From NCBI RefSeq assembly GCF_006345805.1, contig NC_042998.1:41168001-41232000 (forward strand): 64,000 nt of DNA. The letters are read 5' to 3'. The notes beneath the pieces are model-generated. The model searched no databases and was not told the DNA's origin. It was given only the letters and a program-made list of their open reading frames with translations. The DNA comes from Octopus sinensis. Its lineage: Eukaryota. Positions 1-12,855 of the stretch are shown here, piece after piece (position 1 is the first letter of the stretch; each line of letters begins with the position of its first letter). The position numbers and the translations under genes are program-made.

Positions 1-279
1 GCTCCTTCAGACTACCATTTGTTTCATAGTTTACAGAGTCATTTGGGGGGACATAACTTTTGTAAGCCAGGAGGAGGTCGAAACTGACATTTCAGAGTTC
101 TTCGCTTTGAAACCAAAAGAGTTTTACATTGATGTGATTAAAAAGCTTGTAAATAGATGGAAGGAAGTCATAGATAATCAGGGAAAGTACATTGATGATT
201 AAATTTCAATTAAATATAACATTTGATCACTTGTTTTCTTTATTCAAAATACGGCTAGAACTTATGGGATGACCTGATA
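1..279 (+). mobile_element. 3' end of a decayed mariner (DD34D-type) transposon
   Basis: Frame 1 reads APSDYHLFHSLQSHLGGHNF. After a 1-nt frameshift it continues VSQEEVETDISEFFALKPKEFYIDVIKKLVNRWKEVIDNQGKYIDD* (stop 200-202). APSDYHLF is the mariner third-Asp motif. Ends in TIR-like AACTTATGGGATGACCTGA followed by TA at 278-279. Confidence 0.9.
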
Positions 280-1389
280 GTTGATAGCTGATGTATTCAC
301 TTTTCAATGTGACTGTCATAAAGCTAGCTACCAAGATCAAGATGCAGAAGTTTGGATGATTCCACAAAGATTGTTTCTATGCTTTCCAATTATTTGTTAT
401 TTTTTACTTTTCATCTCATTATTATTTATAATTTTGTATCAGTATATTTTCTTGACTGCTTTGTGATTATTTTTGCTGATCTAGTTGTAGCTACATATCG
501 TAAGGTTCAGTATGAAAATCATATAAAGTTTTAGAAAGTATAATTATATAAATAACTGAGTTTATTCAACTATTTAAATTTTATGATTTATGATTTGTTT
601 TATTTTGTCTTAAATTTAATAAATCTTTTCTTTAGACTGGATTCAAAGTGGATAATGAAATAAAAGAATATAATTGATTTTTAAAAACCCATATTGTTTG
701 TTTTGTAAAATTACATGAAATCTTTCTTAAATTTATTCATAATCCTATTATTTTGCCAGTCACATTTAGGATTTGTTAATTATAATGAAGTATATTATTC
801 TTACTTATTTCAATTTCAAAGTGAAATGAAGTTTATGTTGGATTTTTTTTATATTCCTTACACACATTTTTTCACTTTGCTGTCCATTGCCACTTAGACA
901 CTTATAATGCTGCACTTATAGTATAAATTATCATCACAATTTCAAACAGATTTCTTTTGTAATATGGGTTTTCTATTCTGACTTGTGTAATTGATTTTTT
1001 AGAACAGAGTTATGCAATGATCTCTTCATATTTCATGATATGAATTTGAATCTAGCCAAAATCGCTTCAAAGAAATAGCTCCATTAAAAATATATTGAGA
1101 AATCTAATGTCAATTTCTATGTAGAGTTTCTGGCAAATCAAGTTTGCAACTGAGGTTTCACCTCATAGAAGCCATTTCGCTTCATTTATGCAAAAATGTC
1201 ACATTACATCAAATATATCCTTCTCTATAAAACTAAAGTACTGTGGTTATTTTAGCAGTTGTTATTTAAAATATAGGATGAAAGATTTCAAAACATTATT
1301 TCATCTTCTCCTCAAAATAAAAGCATACTTTTAATTATATGCTTTTGAAGAAATATGTTTTAGTCTGAATAATTTTTCTTCTATTTTAG

Positions 1390-1521
1390 GAAGTAGATGA
1401 AGAACTTAATACATTGGTGCCTAAAGTAAGCCAGCTAGTTAAGAAAGGAGATTACATTATAAAGCATCTAGATGATGAAGAGAAAATTAGGAAAGTTAAG
1501 AGACTGAGAGACCAATTACAG
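1390..1521 (+). CDS. Internal coding exon (phase 0-0, 44 aa) of a spectrin-repeat protein, probably dystrophin/utrophin family: EVDEELNTLVPKVSQLVKKGDYIIKHLDDEEKIRKVKRLRDQLQ
   Basis: Acceptor tttttcttctattttAG and donor CAG|GTAAAA; 132 nt. The other two frames stop within 3 codons. Heptad hydrophobicity fits spectrin helix B, loop and the start of helix C. Confidence 0.85.
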
Positions 1522-4309
1522 GTAAAAATCAGTAATTAATAATATTTATTGTCTTCATTATTTATTTCAGTTATTTTATTTTTTTATTTTTTTATAAAGC
1601 TTTACTAAAAATGTAGAAAAAAGATGAGTGATGCAATGACAAAATTTTTACCTGGCATGTTGGCTGAAAATACAGAAGGGAATTGATGAAGGGTAAAATT
1701 GTGCAATAGATTATGTTAAAGAATGTGTTTTCCTATATTATATAACACTTTTCATGTGCATGGTTCATGGAAACAGGAATTTAAAAACAAAACGATTGTA
1801 TTTGCTAAGTGCCTAAAATTGAAAAGTATTTGGGAAAAGAGATTTTACATTTGATACTCTATACTGAATTGGTCCTAAATTTACAAAATGTTTTATGGAA
1901 ATCCATATTAAAGGAGTTCTGTACACAATTTCTTACTTAACAAACTAAAGCTAATAAAATCTATTGCTTACTTACACAATTTGCATGTTTTTAGGAGACG
2001 CAATTGATGAACCAAACTAGATATACATGTGGAAGTGTTTTAGATCCCAAAACATAGCTTACAAATTTCTTCAGCGTTTTGAAAGCTTTTTCATCAATTT
2101 CAATCACCTTTACCTGCTTGCACTTTTGTTTTACCTGATTTTGTAGATTTTTTTACTAACTTTAAAAAAAAAATCAGTTTTTTAAATAAAGAACCAAATA
2201 TCTAACAAAAATTTAGATGTTATATTCATTTTTCTTGTTTTAATCATTTAAATTTTTAATGCAACAAATTCTAATCATGAAATTTATCATTTATTATTTT
2301 CTTTTTATTGTGGGACATCAGTAATTTGTTGTTTCATTGCCATGTATTTTATATATTCTATTCACTTAATCTGAAATTGACACATGCTTATTGCTTCTCT
2401 ATATTCTTTCTCAATGAAGTTTATACAATGCTCCCCTTTCTTGTGGTGCTTACATCAATGCTACAAACACACACACACATGTGTCAAGGAAACTAATGTG
2501 TGTGTGTGTGTGTATAATGTAGACTTCTTAGTCATAATTAACTTTTAATGAGTCAGAGTGCTTTAGTTATTTTGCAGACTACTAAAACCTGGATAAGTTG
2601 TTTCATTTACATTCACTATCTCCACATAAATTAGTTGCCTGTTTTAATGTAGTTAAACTTTGTGTATCTTTTATATGTAGTACTGATTTGTTATATTTAT
2701 ATTTGACATTTTAATGTTCCTCTGCATCATGCATTCTGAACTTCTTATAATGAACTATTTCCTAACTGATATCAACATGAACTCTTAAATTCAGTACTGT
2801 TAATACCAAAAAGACAAAATCAAATCTCATGTTGTTGGCTCTGTAAAATTGTTGTCCCTGATTGGGATGAAAAAAGTGATCTCATTTGTCTTATTCCTCT
2901 TGCTTTCCTTGACTTATGGGAGGAGGTGGCAGGGTTTCTCTGCACTTGTTAGCATCCTGTTTTGTTTATCAGTTACATGCAAGTGACTGTCTTCTTAATG
3001 ATCTTAAGATAGCTGAATAGTTTATGTAAACATATACTATGCTCCTAGAGTACATGCTGGTACATCAACACACCTACATGAAAATTGCTTTAGTGTTCTT
3101 TGCAATATGAATGATAAAATGTAAACTTAACTGTCATTTTTGTATTTCTGGGTTGATTTCTGGTACAATTAAATTATGCTTGAAGCAGAAAAAATACATT
3201 TTATCCAATATTTAGAGCCTTTATCTGTCCCTAAGATGAAAAAAAAACCCTGAGAACTGAATGAGCCAAATAAACCAAAATAATAATTGTTTCTTATTTT
3301 TATTGCAGTGCTCAATAAGAAAACCAAAAATATTTTATTTTGTTTTGTAAGTTAAGAAGTGACAGGCTGAGTGGCAACCCCAAAATTTTCATATAAATTG
3401 AGATTTCCCCTCTTAGTTCAAGAAAAAAATCTAAAACTTAGCAGTAACTGTTAGTGAAGAAAAGAGGAAATAATTTCAAGTCTTTGAGAATTAATCTCAC
3501 AAAATTTATATACATGCCAAGATGGAAGTCTGACTTTTATTTGCAAGCATTGAGATGGTGGGGAGTCAACTGTAAACATATTTCAATCCTATTGGACCTC
3601 ATCAGAAAGGCAAAAGGTTTTACAAATAGAAAATGACTTACAAAGAGCTTTGGGCAAGTACTGTATAGATAAAAACAAAAAGAGCAGTAGGAAATAAATA
3701 ATTCAAGCTGGCCAATGGCTTAACTTTATGTAAATAAGAGGTGATGTACTGAATGAGATGCAAAGAATTTTCAATTAATTGTAATTTTCTCCTTACTTAG
3801 AAAAAGAAGAAAAAAAACTTTGTAGTAAATGTTTGTAACAAAAGCAGAGATAATTTCATGAAGTTCAGAACTGTTTTGTTCAGTGTTTCTGGCTGCTGTG
3901 CATTCTGCTTACTATGAGGACTGTTCTTGAAAAGAATTGTAGTATCAGCAAACTAGTTTCCATCTGGCCACAAAAGAGATAAATGTATCATAAAAATCAA
4001 ACCCAAGCCTATCCAAACAACCACTCTGCTGGTAAATGGTAATTCCAATGCAATCATCCAAACCTTATGTCACAGAGATCTTTCAACATTTGTGTCATCG
4101 TTATAAAGTTAAATTACTGCTGGTTGATGGCTTATTTGTAAACTCTGCCTGAAATATGTGGAGCAAGGAAACTATGTGCTGATGAATTAATTATATAAAA
4201 TTTAAATACAATCTATTTTCGCATTTATAACAGACTCCAGAAGTTTCAAATCTGTGATGTAAGCTTTCATCTAACTGTGTGTGTGTAAACAGTTTTAATC
4301 ATAATTTTG

Positions 4310-4500
4310 TTGTTTTAATGTCCACTTTTCCATGCTTGTGTGGGTCAAACAAAATTTGTTGAGGTAGATCAGTAGGTTTCCCATAGAAGTATACCCTCCC
4401 TGTCACCAACCCTCACTTGTTTCTAAGAAAGATAATATTTCTGTGTAGACAGACATGTGTTTCACAAAAGATTGAAATTTAGCAACACTTGTTTACATGA
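4310..4500 (-). mobile_element. Decayed retroposon 3' tail (RTE-type tail family)
   Basis: tttaatgtccacttttccatgcttgtgtgggtc resembles the tail seen at 11880, 12170, 43750 and 48101. Confidence 0.6.
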
Positions 4501-4517
4501 TGTCAGGAAAAAAGGAA

Positions 4518-4518
<1 letters not shown>

Positions 4519-4610
<92 letters not shown>
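4519..4610. repeat. (TC)n microsatellite
   Basis: Directly visible, near-perfect. Confidence 0.98.
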
Positions 4611-4611
<1 letters not shown>

Positions 4612-5389
4612 ATATATTGTGCATCAGATCAAAATCTTGCTCATACATATCATCAGGGGTATGAATTAATATGCAGCATGTGATGTTTTACTCTAAATTG
4701 CAGTAATTCATTGGTAGAAAGATTATGTTCCATACAGATTTTGTGCAGTCAATTTCTAAGAATGACATCTGTAACAATTGTATTAAATGAAACAGTATTT
4801 TGCGGAGTAGACAGAAATTTACCTAGGAGCAAGTCATGGTAAAATAAGCATGGCACTTTGTGCTAAATTATTTATATCTTAAGAAAACAACATTCAAGTA
4901 TCAGTGTTTGTTTTGAGTGGTAAAAGAAAACCTAGAAAAACATAGTAAAGTTGTCAGTGTCAGGAAGAAAGAAAACAATTCAAGAAACATTGTTAGAAAA
5001 GTTGCAATTAGATTTTACAATTGTGAATTATTTTTAACTTTGTTACTATATTTTATACAACTGTATACAAATAATCATTTTATTGCAACCAAGAAAATTT
5101 ACCTGATTTATGAATCCTATTTTATATGTATACCCATATTATTTTTGAATCCATTTTATCAGTTAATTAAAAGAAGGCTATAATCAGAGGCTATCAACTC
5201 CACCCAATTGTTAAGAGTGATCACTTGGTGCTTCATCTGGATTTTGGTTCAGAAGCAAGAGATGTACAGAAATGGCTGACCTGCAATAGACATCCACTAC
5301 CAAGTAGATAATCTTTATCTAGTTAACAAAGGAGACTAGAGATTAGAAATGGCTGGTGTGCAATAGATATTCACTTCCAGACTAGGGAT

Positions 5390-5570
5390 TCTCTTGTCCT
5401 GCTAGAAATGGCAGCCAAATTTTCTTCATATAACACTGTTATTTAATGATAGGGTGTTATTTGAGGAAATGTAGCTCTAGATACCCCTATGAAGAAGGAG
5501 TGGTCAATACTAGAATGTATTTGATCAAAGCTTGCTCAGTCAAGACCAAAACAAGGCTAAACAATAACAA
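5390..5570 (+). mobile_element. Decayed copy of the CR1/Zenon-like LINE 3' tail
   Basis: ctgctagaaatggcagccaaat...ggctaaacaataacaa matches the reverse complement of the LINE tail at 7610-7800. An opposite-strand copy lies at about 5830-6000. Confidence 0.6.
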
Positions 5571-7609
5571 CTAGCCAGTGAGAGAATCACCATATAATTA
5601 TTTGACTCTCCCCTAGCTAACACTCTATATCTTTAAAAAGAAGAGAGGGATATGTTACATAGTATAGTGTTATATATTCCTAAAGAATGTGATCATGGAT
5701 CTCTCTTTCTCTCCCTCTCTTATATAGATGGCCTGGAATATTTTGAGTTAAAACAACTTCTTAGAACATGTATTTAAAATTTCAGCTGGCTACCGAGTCA
5801 GTAGGATTGCCAGTTCATATGCATCCCATATTTTTATTTAGCCTCAGGTCAGCCCTGAATTATTAGATGTATCATATGGGATATTCCATTCATGACCATT
5901 CTGTTTGTGTATTTATACTGATATTGTTTGGTGTGTCTCTTTTTTTCTTTTATTCAAGATGATGTAGGAAAGATTTCATTGCTATTCTTAGAGAGTTGAG
6001 AGACTATACAGGCTCTTTTTTTTGCTCATATTCTGTCACTGTTACTATGTAATGTCCACAACTAACACAACCATTCCTGTCCTTGTGTGGTAGATGTAAT
6101 CTGTAGCTTGGTTTCACACCCAGGTATGGCCTTTTGGTGTCTATAATGGAATCTATTCTGTTGCAACCATTCAGACCAAATCCCCAGCCTGAGAGTGATT
6201 TTTCTCCATTCTTTTCACCACTCTTAGGGTCATGGCTGCTGTCTTTCTTCTGACTAAACTGTTAAAAAAAAAGATATTTTCTGTGGCTAATACAAACTAA
6301 GGCAACTTATCTTGTCGGGGTACCCCATTAACCATTACCACACAGAGTGCAGGGTCTCTAATTTAAACAAGGAATGACATATTGGCTATGACATCATATA
6401 CAACTACCCCTCATACACACACATGCACACCTGAAAAACAGATTGGATTAATCATTGTTAGCTTGTCTTTGATCATAGATCTGATCAATTGGGCTTAACC
6501 TGGGGATGACTAAAGTTTTCTGGAATTCAATGTTGTTTGGGTTTTTTGCTTCTTAACCTAAATCTCTCTAAAGCAGTTTAGATATTTCTGAATGTTTTAT
6601 GTAATTCAAATATTACAGAGTTAGCACTTATTTGGTTGGATAGAACTGAGTTTCAGAAATTATTTAATTCATAGTAAGCACCCAAAACTCTATACTTATA
6701 TTTACTAAGATACAATTCAAAACAAAAAAAAAACCCCACATATTTACAGCAAAAATAAAAATAAAATAAGAAACAAAGAAACTTCACACTAAACAACTTA
6801 TGTTTCACGCTAAACAACTTATTTGCACTATGTGCTATGGACAAGATGGGAAATGCACTACCACTAAGTTCAGCTAACATCCACTGCATTATCCACACAC
6901 CCTCACCGCACTCCTTTCTCAGGCATAATGCCCTCTTACTGATTTCTAGAATGAGTTCTGTAACACTATGTTCATAATTTGGCTTGGATTTTATTTAAAT
7001 TTGTGCATACGTTTTTGTTTTTGGTAGTTTATTTTCTTGCTGATAAAATCTACCTTTATTCTGCATAATCAGAGCCTAAAAAAATTTGTGTACGTAATTA
7101 CAATTTCTTACACTGGAATAAAATGAATTATACTTCTCAGTTTGATTTAGATAAACCATAGTTTAAGGCTAAATGTGTAGTATATTTAAAGTTAAAATTC
7201 CAACCACTTATTTCCAGTACTTTTATTGTTATCTCTCATAAAGTTATTTGTGCTTGCAATTACAAAAATAGAAATAATTTTTTATTTGGCTATGAAAAAC
7301 CAAGATAGAAGCAGCTATTTTGTTTCTTTATCTTCTCTCTTTTGATTCATTGATATTAATTATAAAACATTATTTGACATTTCTGAAACCTCATATTTGA
7401 CTGAAATACATTTTGAAAGCCTAGTGTGAAAATAACTTCAGGTGGCTACCACCATTTTTTAAAACTATTAATTAATTAAGAATTAATCAATGGAAAGGTA
7501 GTGCCTGTAACCTTTTCAAGCCCTCCTGGACTGGTGAGATTGACATAATTGACAATAAGTTTGAACATCTGCAGATTGATGTCTGGGAGAAAAATCTGGG
7601 TAGGAAGAG

Positions 7610-9090
7610 GAGTTTGTTGTTTAACCCCAAGTCAACTCTGAATGAACAGACCTATCATCAAGAGAATTCTGTCTGTCACCTTCCTCTCTTTTTAAGCATG
7701 TATCTAGGATTGCATTGTCCAATGCATCTTTTCATTTCAAAGAGTAGAGTGTGATTTGAAGAGGGTTTGTCTGCTGTTTCTAGCAGGCTGAGCAACCACT
7801 TAGAAATTCTCATTGGTTTGTGGATGGGGAGATTATTTCATAAAATGATCTTTATGAGAAATAACTTCTGGTATGATTTTGGGAAGGTACAGTCAAGAAT
7901 GATTCTTTGATACCTGTAGTGATGGTGTCTTTGTGCTATTAAAGTAGAACAGTTTGTCATATCCCTATTAGAAAGCATTTTCAAGGTTTTGATTCATGGA
8001 AGCAGGTTGTCAATCTATATTGTTCGAGAATAATATATGTGGGCAGAAGGTAAAGGGGGCCTACATTAGGAATGAGTGTTGTTTAACCCTTTAGCATTTA
8101 AACCGGCCATATCCGGCCAAAAATATTCTACCTGTTTTATGTTCAAACTAGCCGTATCTGGTCTCTCACACCAACCCTACAATATTGTTTAAAAAATTAA
8201 CAGCTACTTCATCAAAATCTCATAGCTACAAGATAATGCATGATTAATTCAAAACGATGTAGATGAAGAAGCATTAATTTTGGCAAAATAATGCGAACAC
8301 TAAAGGGTTAAAATGACAGCAAGCTGACTGATGGTGTGCAGAAGGAAGAGTGTGAGAGACAAAATCAAACTGTGAATTACACCAGAGTTGATTGTATTTT
8401 TAGAAGATACTCCTTTTGGCACATCTGCAATGATAGTCTAAACAAGAAACTTCTAGTCCTTGATGGAACTATAACCAGGCAACTTAAGCTGCGGGTTCTC
8501 ATGCTAGACACATTCAAAGGCTACGATTATTTCAAGTGCAATAGCATTACTTTTGTCAAACTTCTCAAAAATGAAATCTTTGTGCAAGGAGATGGATTTA
8601 GAGTGGCAAAGGAAGTGATTACTAACAAGTGTTTCTTTCACCTTTAAAGTGTTGGAAGCGAGAGTATGTTGGCAGTTGGCAAAGCCAAAGGTTGCCTGCC
8701 TTAGACACTAAATATTTTGTAGTATGTCAAATGGGATGAAATTTTGTAGAGACAAATTTCAGTTTGGAGATTAGGAGTTAATGGTAGAGAGATTGTCATG
8801 ATGAGAAATCGTCAGATTGTGCACTTAAATGCATATGGAGATGACCTGAGTATTGGAGTGTTTTCAGGAGTTTAGTTTAGTGCATGCTTGTAGGGTTGGG
8901 AGGAAAGGGAGCAGTAAATATGAAAGCTTTCTCAAGTGAATAGCAAATGTGAAAGCTTTATTGTTTGAAGAGTAGTGGATCAGAGGATTTGGCAAGCTGG
9001 TAGAAACTCTCTTGACAAATGCTAGAAGAGCCAGTTGTTATTTACAGAGTGAGATAGCTTTCAGTCCATGCAATGTGCACAGTCATCCTT
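7610..9090 (-). mobile_element. Degenerate CR1/Jockey-group (Zenon-like) LINE: RT domain plus 3' tail
   Basis: Minus-strand translation across stops and frameshifts gives EKFDKSNAIALEIIVAFECV*HE (cf. ALDISKAFDRVWH), NTINSGVIHSLILSLTLFLLH (cf. INSGVPQGSVLSPTLFLL) and LFYFNSTKT (cf. LVEFNASKT). It then runs into a tail that also occurs as solo copies. Confidence 0.75.
8087..8307. mobile_element. piggyBac-type MITE (221 bp) nested in the LINE RT
   Basis: TTAA at 8083-8086 and 8308-8311; termini CCCTTTAG...CTAAAGGG; no ORF. Confidence 0.9.
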
Positions 9091-9399
9091 GGTTTTGTGA
9101 AAAATTATTAAATTTTCAAATATGACTATGTTTGAATTTCCTTGGGGGGGGGACCCTTTAACATAACATTAGCTTCTGGTTTTTTTTTTCTTCTTTAACA
9201 CACTATATACCATTCTTTTCTATTAATGCCTTCTTTTGTTTAGTAAGTTACAGAAAATTTTCCAGATTTCAAAACTTTTCATTTTATTTGTATTTAATTT
9301 TCAACAAGGAGCTAAATTTGAAAATTTATTCATTTAAAAGTATATCAGTTTCTTCTCATATCCATTTGATTCACACTGGTTAAAACAAACCATCCATGC

Positions 9400-10460
9400 T
9401 GCTGCTTACAGACATTTGTAATAATACTTTTGGAAGAAATAGCTTAGGCTGTCTTATTGTAGTTAGATTCTTCTTTAATATTATGTCTGTTAATTCTTTT
9501 GGTGCTTCTTAGAGTTCTAATGAACAAATATATTTCTTTTGAATTCTGTTAGAAGAATGAACACCATACATCTGTTTCATATCAATATATCCAAGCGACA
9601 TAAAAGAAAGGCTTAAGAAATGCACCTCAACAGCTGCTTGTTAACTATAATAGACTCTCATTCTCAAATTATTTCCTTGCTTATAGATTTGTATGGATCT
9701 TAAGTCTTTAGATCTTTGTCTAAATTCTGTTTACCGTATTTCACTCTCAAATACGAGAAATATGTCTGGGTTTACTTTGTCTTTATTTCTAATTATTTTC
9801 TGTGTGTAGTTATAAGCTTTATTTTATTCATATAATTGCAGTCAGAATAACTACATTCATTTTAGAATAATCAGATCTTTAAAGTTCCATTTAATAATCT
9901 CCAACATTGATTTGTCCGTCCAACATTGTGATGATATTGTAATTTTGCATTTTTACTTAGAAGAATGTCACGTTAATGTAGTACTCTAAGATACTTGTAC
10001 CTAGCAGATGAGACCACATTTCTCTATCCTTACTATTTAGCTTCGAATATTATTCTCTCATATTTCATATATGATTGTATTTCTGACTGAGATAGTGACA
10101 CTGACCAGATTGTTTTCATGTATGGAATACATAGATAAACATGAACTTTCATTTTAAAGTATTTACTAGAACAATACTATTAAAGATAATATTTGACAAT
10201 ATTTGAAACTATTATAATAACATCCTGGTGATCATGTAAGGGCTGCAATAGGTCTATTACTTTCTCATGGTGAGATCTTTGAAGTTAATTTAAGAAATGA
10301 ATGGAATAAATTCAGGGTGCTTTTATTCCAGTTTGCAATACAGATTTTCTCACTGCAAAATTCTAACTGTATGAACCAATTGTAAGACATGGCTATGAAC
10401 ATTGAATGTGAAAGATCTGTTGAAACTGGAGAGAAATGATCCATTGGTTGTTTAAAATTT
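9400..10460 (-). mobile_element. Heavily decayed LINE reverse transcriptase fragment
   Basis: Minus strand ANWNKSTLNLF...ESNRPIAALT resembles the RT motif-1 region (W....I.P..K.....NYRPISLL). The rest is only weakly recognisable. Confidence 0.45.
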
Positions 10461-10471
10461 TCTTCCATTGA

Positions 10472-10673
10472 GGTGGCGAGCTGGCAGAAACGTTAGCCTA
10501 CTGGGCGGAATGCTTAGCAGTGTTTCTTCTGTCTTCATGTTCTGAGCTCAAATTCTGAGTCTTTCATTCTTTTGGGGTTGATAAATTAAGTACCAGTTGC
10601 ATACTGGGGTGGATCTAATCGACTGGCCCCCTCCCCAAATATTTTGGGCCTTGTGCTTAGAGTAGAAAAGAAT
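10472..10673 (+). mobile_element. tRNA-headed SINE (family B, Meta/MESC-like central domain)
   Basis: Head ggtggcgagctggcagaaacgttagc with a B-box-like gagctcaaattc and centre tttcattcttttggggttgataaattaagtaccagtt. 15-bp TSD attttcttcc(a/t)ttga at 10457-10471 and 10674-10688. The domain name is recalled, not searched. Confidence 0.85.
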
Positions 10674-11879
10674 ATTTTCTTCCTTTGAAGACTGTAAGTC
10701 GAGAGTGACTCAGTACTTGATAGAGTAACACAACTGTTTTGATGTGGATATATGTTTTGAATAAACAGTGAATAGTAGAGGAAAATAGAAGTGCCATGAA
10801 CTGCAATTGGAAGATACTTATGACAGCTGCTCTTAACTTGAAAGTATGAGGTTAAAACTTAGTATGCTTGAGATGATACAGAATCAATGCAGGCAATAAT
10901 TTACTGTTTTGCATCTTTATATTTCTTTGTCTAGTAAAGATTTTATTGGATGTATTGTTATTAATTGTTTAAAAAATAAGTAAATGGTGGAATGTTCTTT
11001 GGAAGCATTTTAATTGGTTTTATTTATAAAGGGTTTAGAGCAACTTAGGTGACACTGATCTTGAGATTTTAAATATTCAGTTTCATGTGTATTTGCCAAT
11101 TTCAATTCAGTCTGGACTTTTATTTGCAAAGTATGAAAAAAAGTTTGTAGATTTTGTGATTCAGATGAATTTTTTCAGGGCTTATATTTTGAATAAATTT
11201 AGTAAAATTACAGACTAGTCTAATTCAGTATTTTTTTTTTTTTAATATCCTGAAGATTTATATTAAAGATTTTATGTTTGACTATATACCTACATTGCTT
11301 AATTTATTTTATAGATATGAAACTAATACTGATTTTTTTTGTTTCTGACTTATCACAATCAGAAGAATAATGTAATCAATGCATGACAATGTATTGATAT
11401 GAAGTTTACTTCCCAGCTTCATGGTTTTAGTTTTGATCTCACTTTAAGCAGGTAACTTCTACCATAACCTTGAGTTGATCATGACTTGTGAGTAGAATTT
11501 GGTAGGTGAGAATTGTGGAATTATTCTGTGTGATTGTACATACACACTCACACACATATATACATAGTAAGAGAGATAAATAGACAAGGTGAATTGTCAG
11601 AGCTGCTAAAACATAGTATAGAATGTTTTGCAGTATTTGGATTTCTGTACTCTCATCCCATCAAGATCAACTTTAGCTTTCATCCTTTCAGATTTGACAT
11701 AAAGTGTCATTCCAAGTCAGAATTGCAGGTATCATCATTTAGACTGATCAGTAGATATAAATTTTATTATATTCTAGCTTCTGAGATCAGTAACATATCT
11801 GGATTCAGAATAAGTTTGATTTTGTACAGAGTATTCTTAGAATTTTGTGTTTTCTTAGCACTAAATGTATTCATGTGTA

Positions 11880-12350
11880 GTGATTCATCATCATCATTTA
11901 ATATTTGTTTTCCATGCTAGCATGGGTTAGACAGTTTGACAGAAACTGACCAGCTGAATGACTGTTTAGGCTCCCTGTCTGTTTTGGTGTTTCCTACAGC
12001 TGAATGCTTTCCTAAAGCCAATCACTTTACAGAGTGTACTGGGTTCTTTTACACAACACCAGCATGGGTGCTTTTTACGTGGTACCAGCACTCATAAGCC
12101 CATGAGATTAGACATACTCAGCTGGAGAGGGTTGCAAGGGACTAGCCTGTATGTAAGGGCAACCACCACCCCCATAATCATCATCATTTAACGTCCACTT
12201 TCCATGTTGGTATGGGCTGGATGGTTTGACAGAAGCTGACCAACTGAAGGGCTGTGCAGGATTCTTGTCTGTTTTGGCATGGTCTCCAGGGCTGGATTCC
12301 CCCCTCTCCTCAATGCAAACCACTTTACAGAGTGTACTGGGTGCTTCTAC
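11880..12350 (-). mobile_element. Two tandem decayed RTE-type 3' tail copies (about 11880-12090 and 12170-12350)
   Basis: Each starts (+ strand) with (cat)n-tttaa...ttccatg(c/t)t..atggg and shares caa(t/a)cactttacagagtgtactggg. Confidence 0.8.
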
Positions 12351-12474
12351 CTTGGTGAGAAGCTGAGTCTTAAGCCTCATGTGTTATTGTTATGCAATCC
12401 AGTGATAGTTCTAATACAAGCATCAATCAGTTTGATCCTCCTATGAACAAAAAAAGAAATTATCAACAATATTC

Positions 12475-12855
12475 TTACTCTTACTCTTTACTTGTTTCAG
12501 TCATTTGACTGCGGCCATGCTGGAGCACTGCCTTTAGTCGAGCAAATCGACCCCAATTTTTATTCTTTGTAAGCCTAGTACTTATTCTATCGGTCTCTTT
12601 TTGCTGAACCGCTAAGTTACAGGGACGTAAACACACCAGCATCGGTTGTCAAGCGGTGTTGGGGGGACAAACACACACACATATATATATATACATATAT
12701 ACGATGGGCTTCTTTCAGTTTCTGTCTACCAAATCCACTCAAGGATTTGGTTGGCCCGAGGCTATAGTATAAGATACTTGCCCAAGGTGCCATGCAGTGG
12801 GACTGAACCTAGAAGCATGTGGTTGGTAAGCAAGCTACTTACCACACAGCCACTC
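12475..12855 (-). mobile_element. Near-intact tRNA-headed SINE (family A)
   Basis: Sense head gagtggctgtgtggtaagtagcttgcttaccaaccacatg...ggttcagtcccactgc, central (CA)/(TA) tract, and tail cagcatggccgcagtcaaatgactgaaacaag(taaaagag)n. Highly similar to 37630-38010. Confidence 0.9.

Noticed and set aside
7800-8080. Penelope-like reading (LKNAF..RGY) on the minus strand
   Set aside because: Neighbouring motifs are collinear CR1/Jockey-type RT motifs, so the resemblance is incidental.
12780-12855. tRNA-like sequences in SINE heads
   Set aside because: A/B-box-like motifs are present, but there is no complete cloverleaf and they continue into SINE bodies, so they are not tRNA genes.
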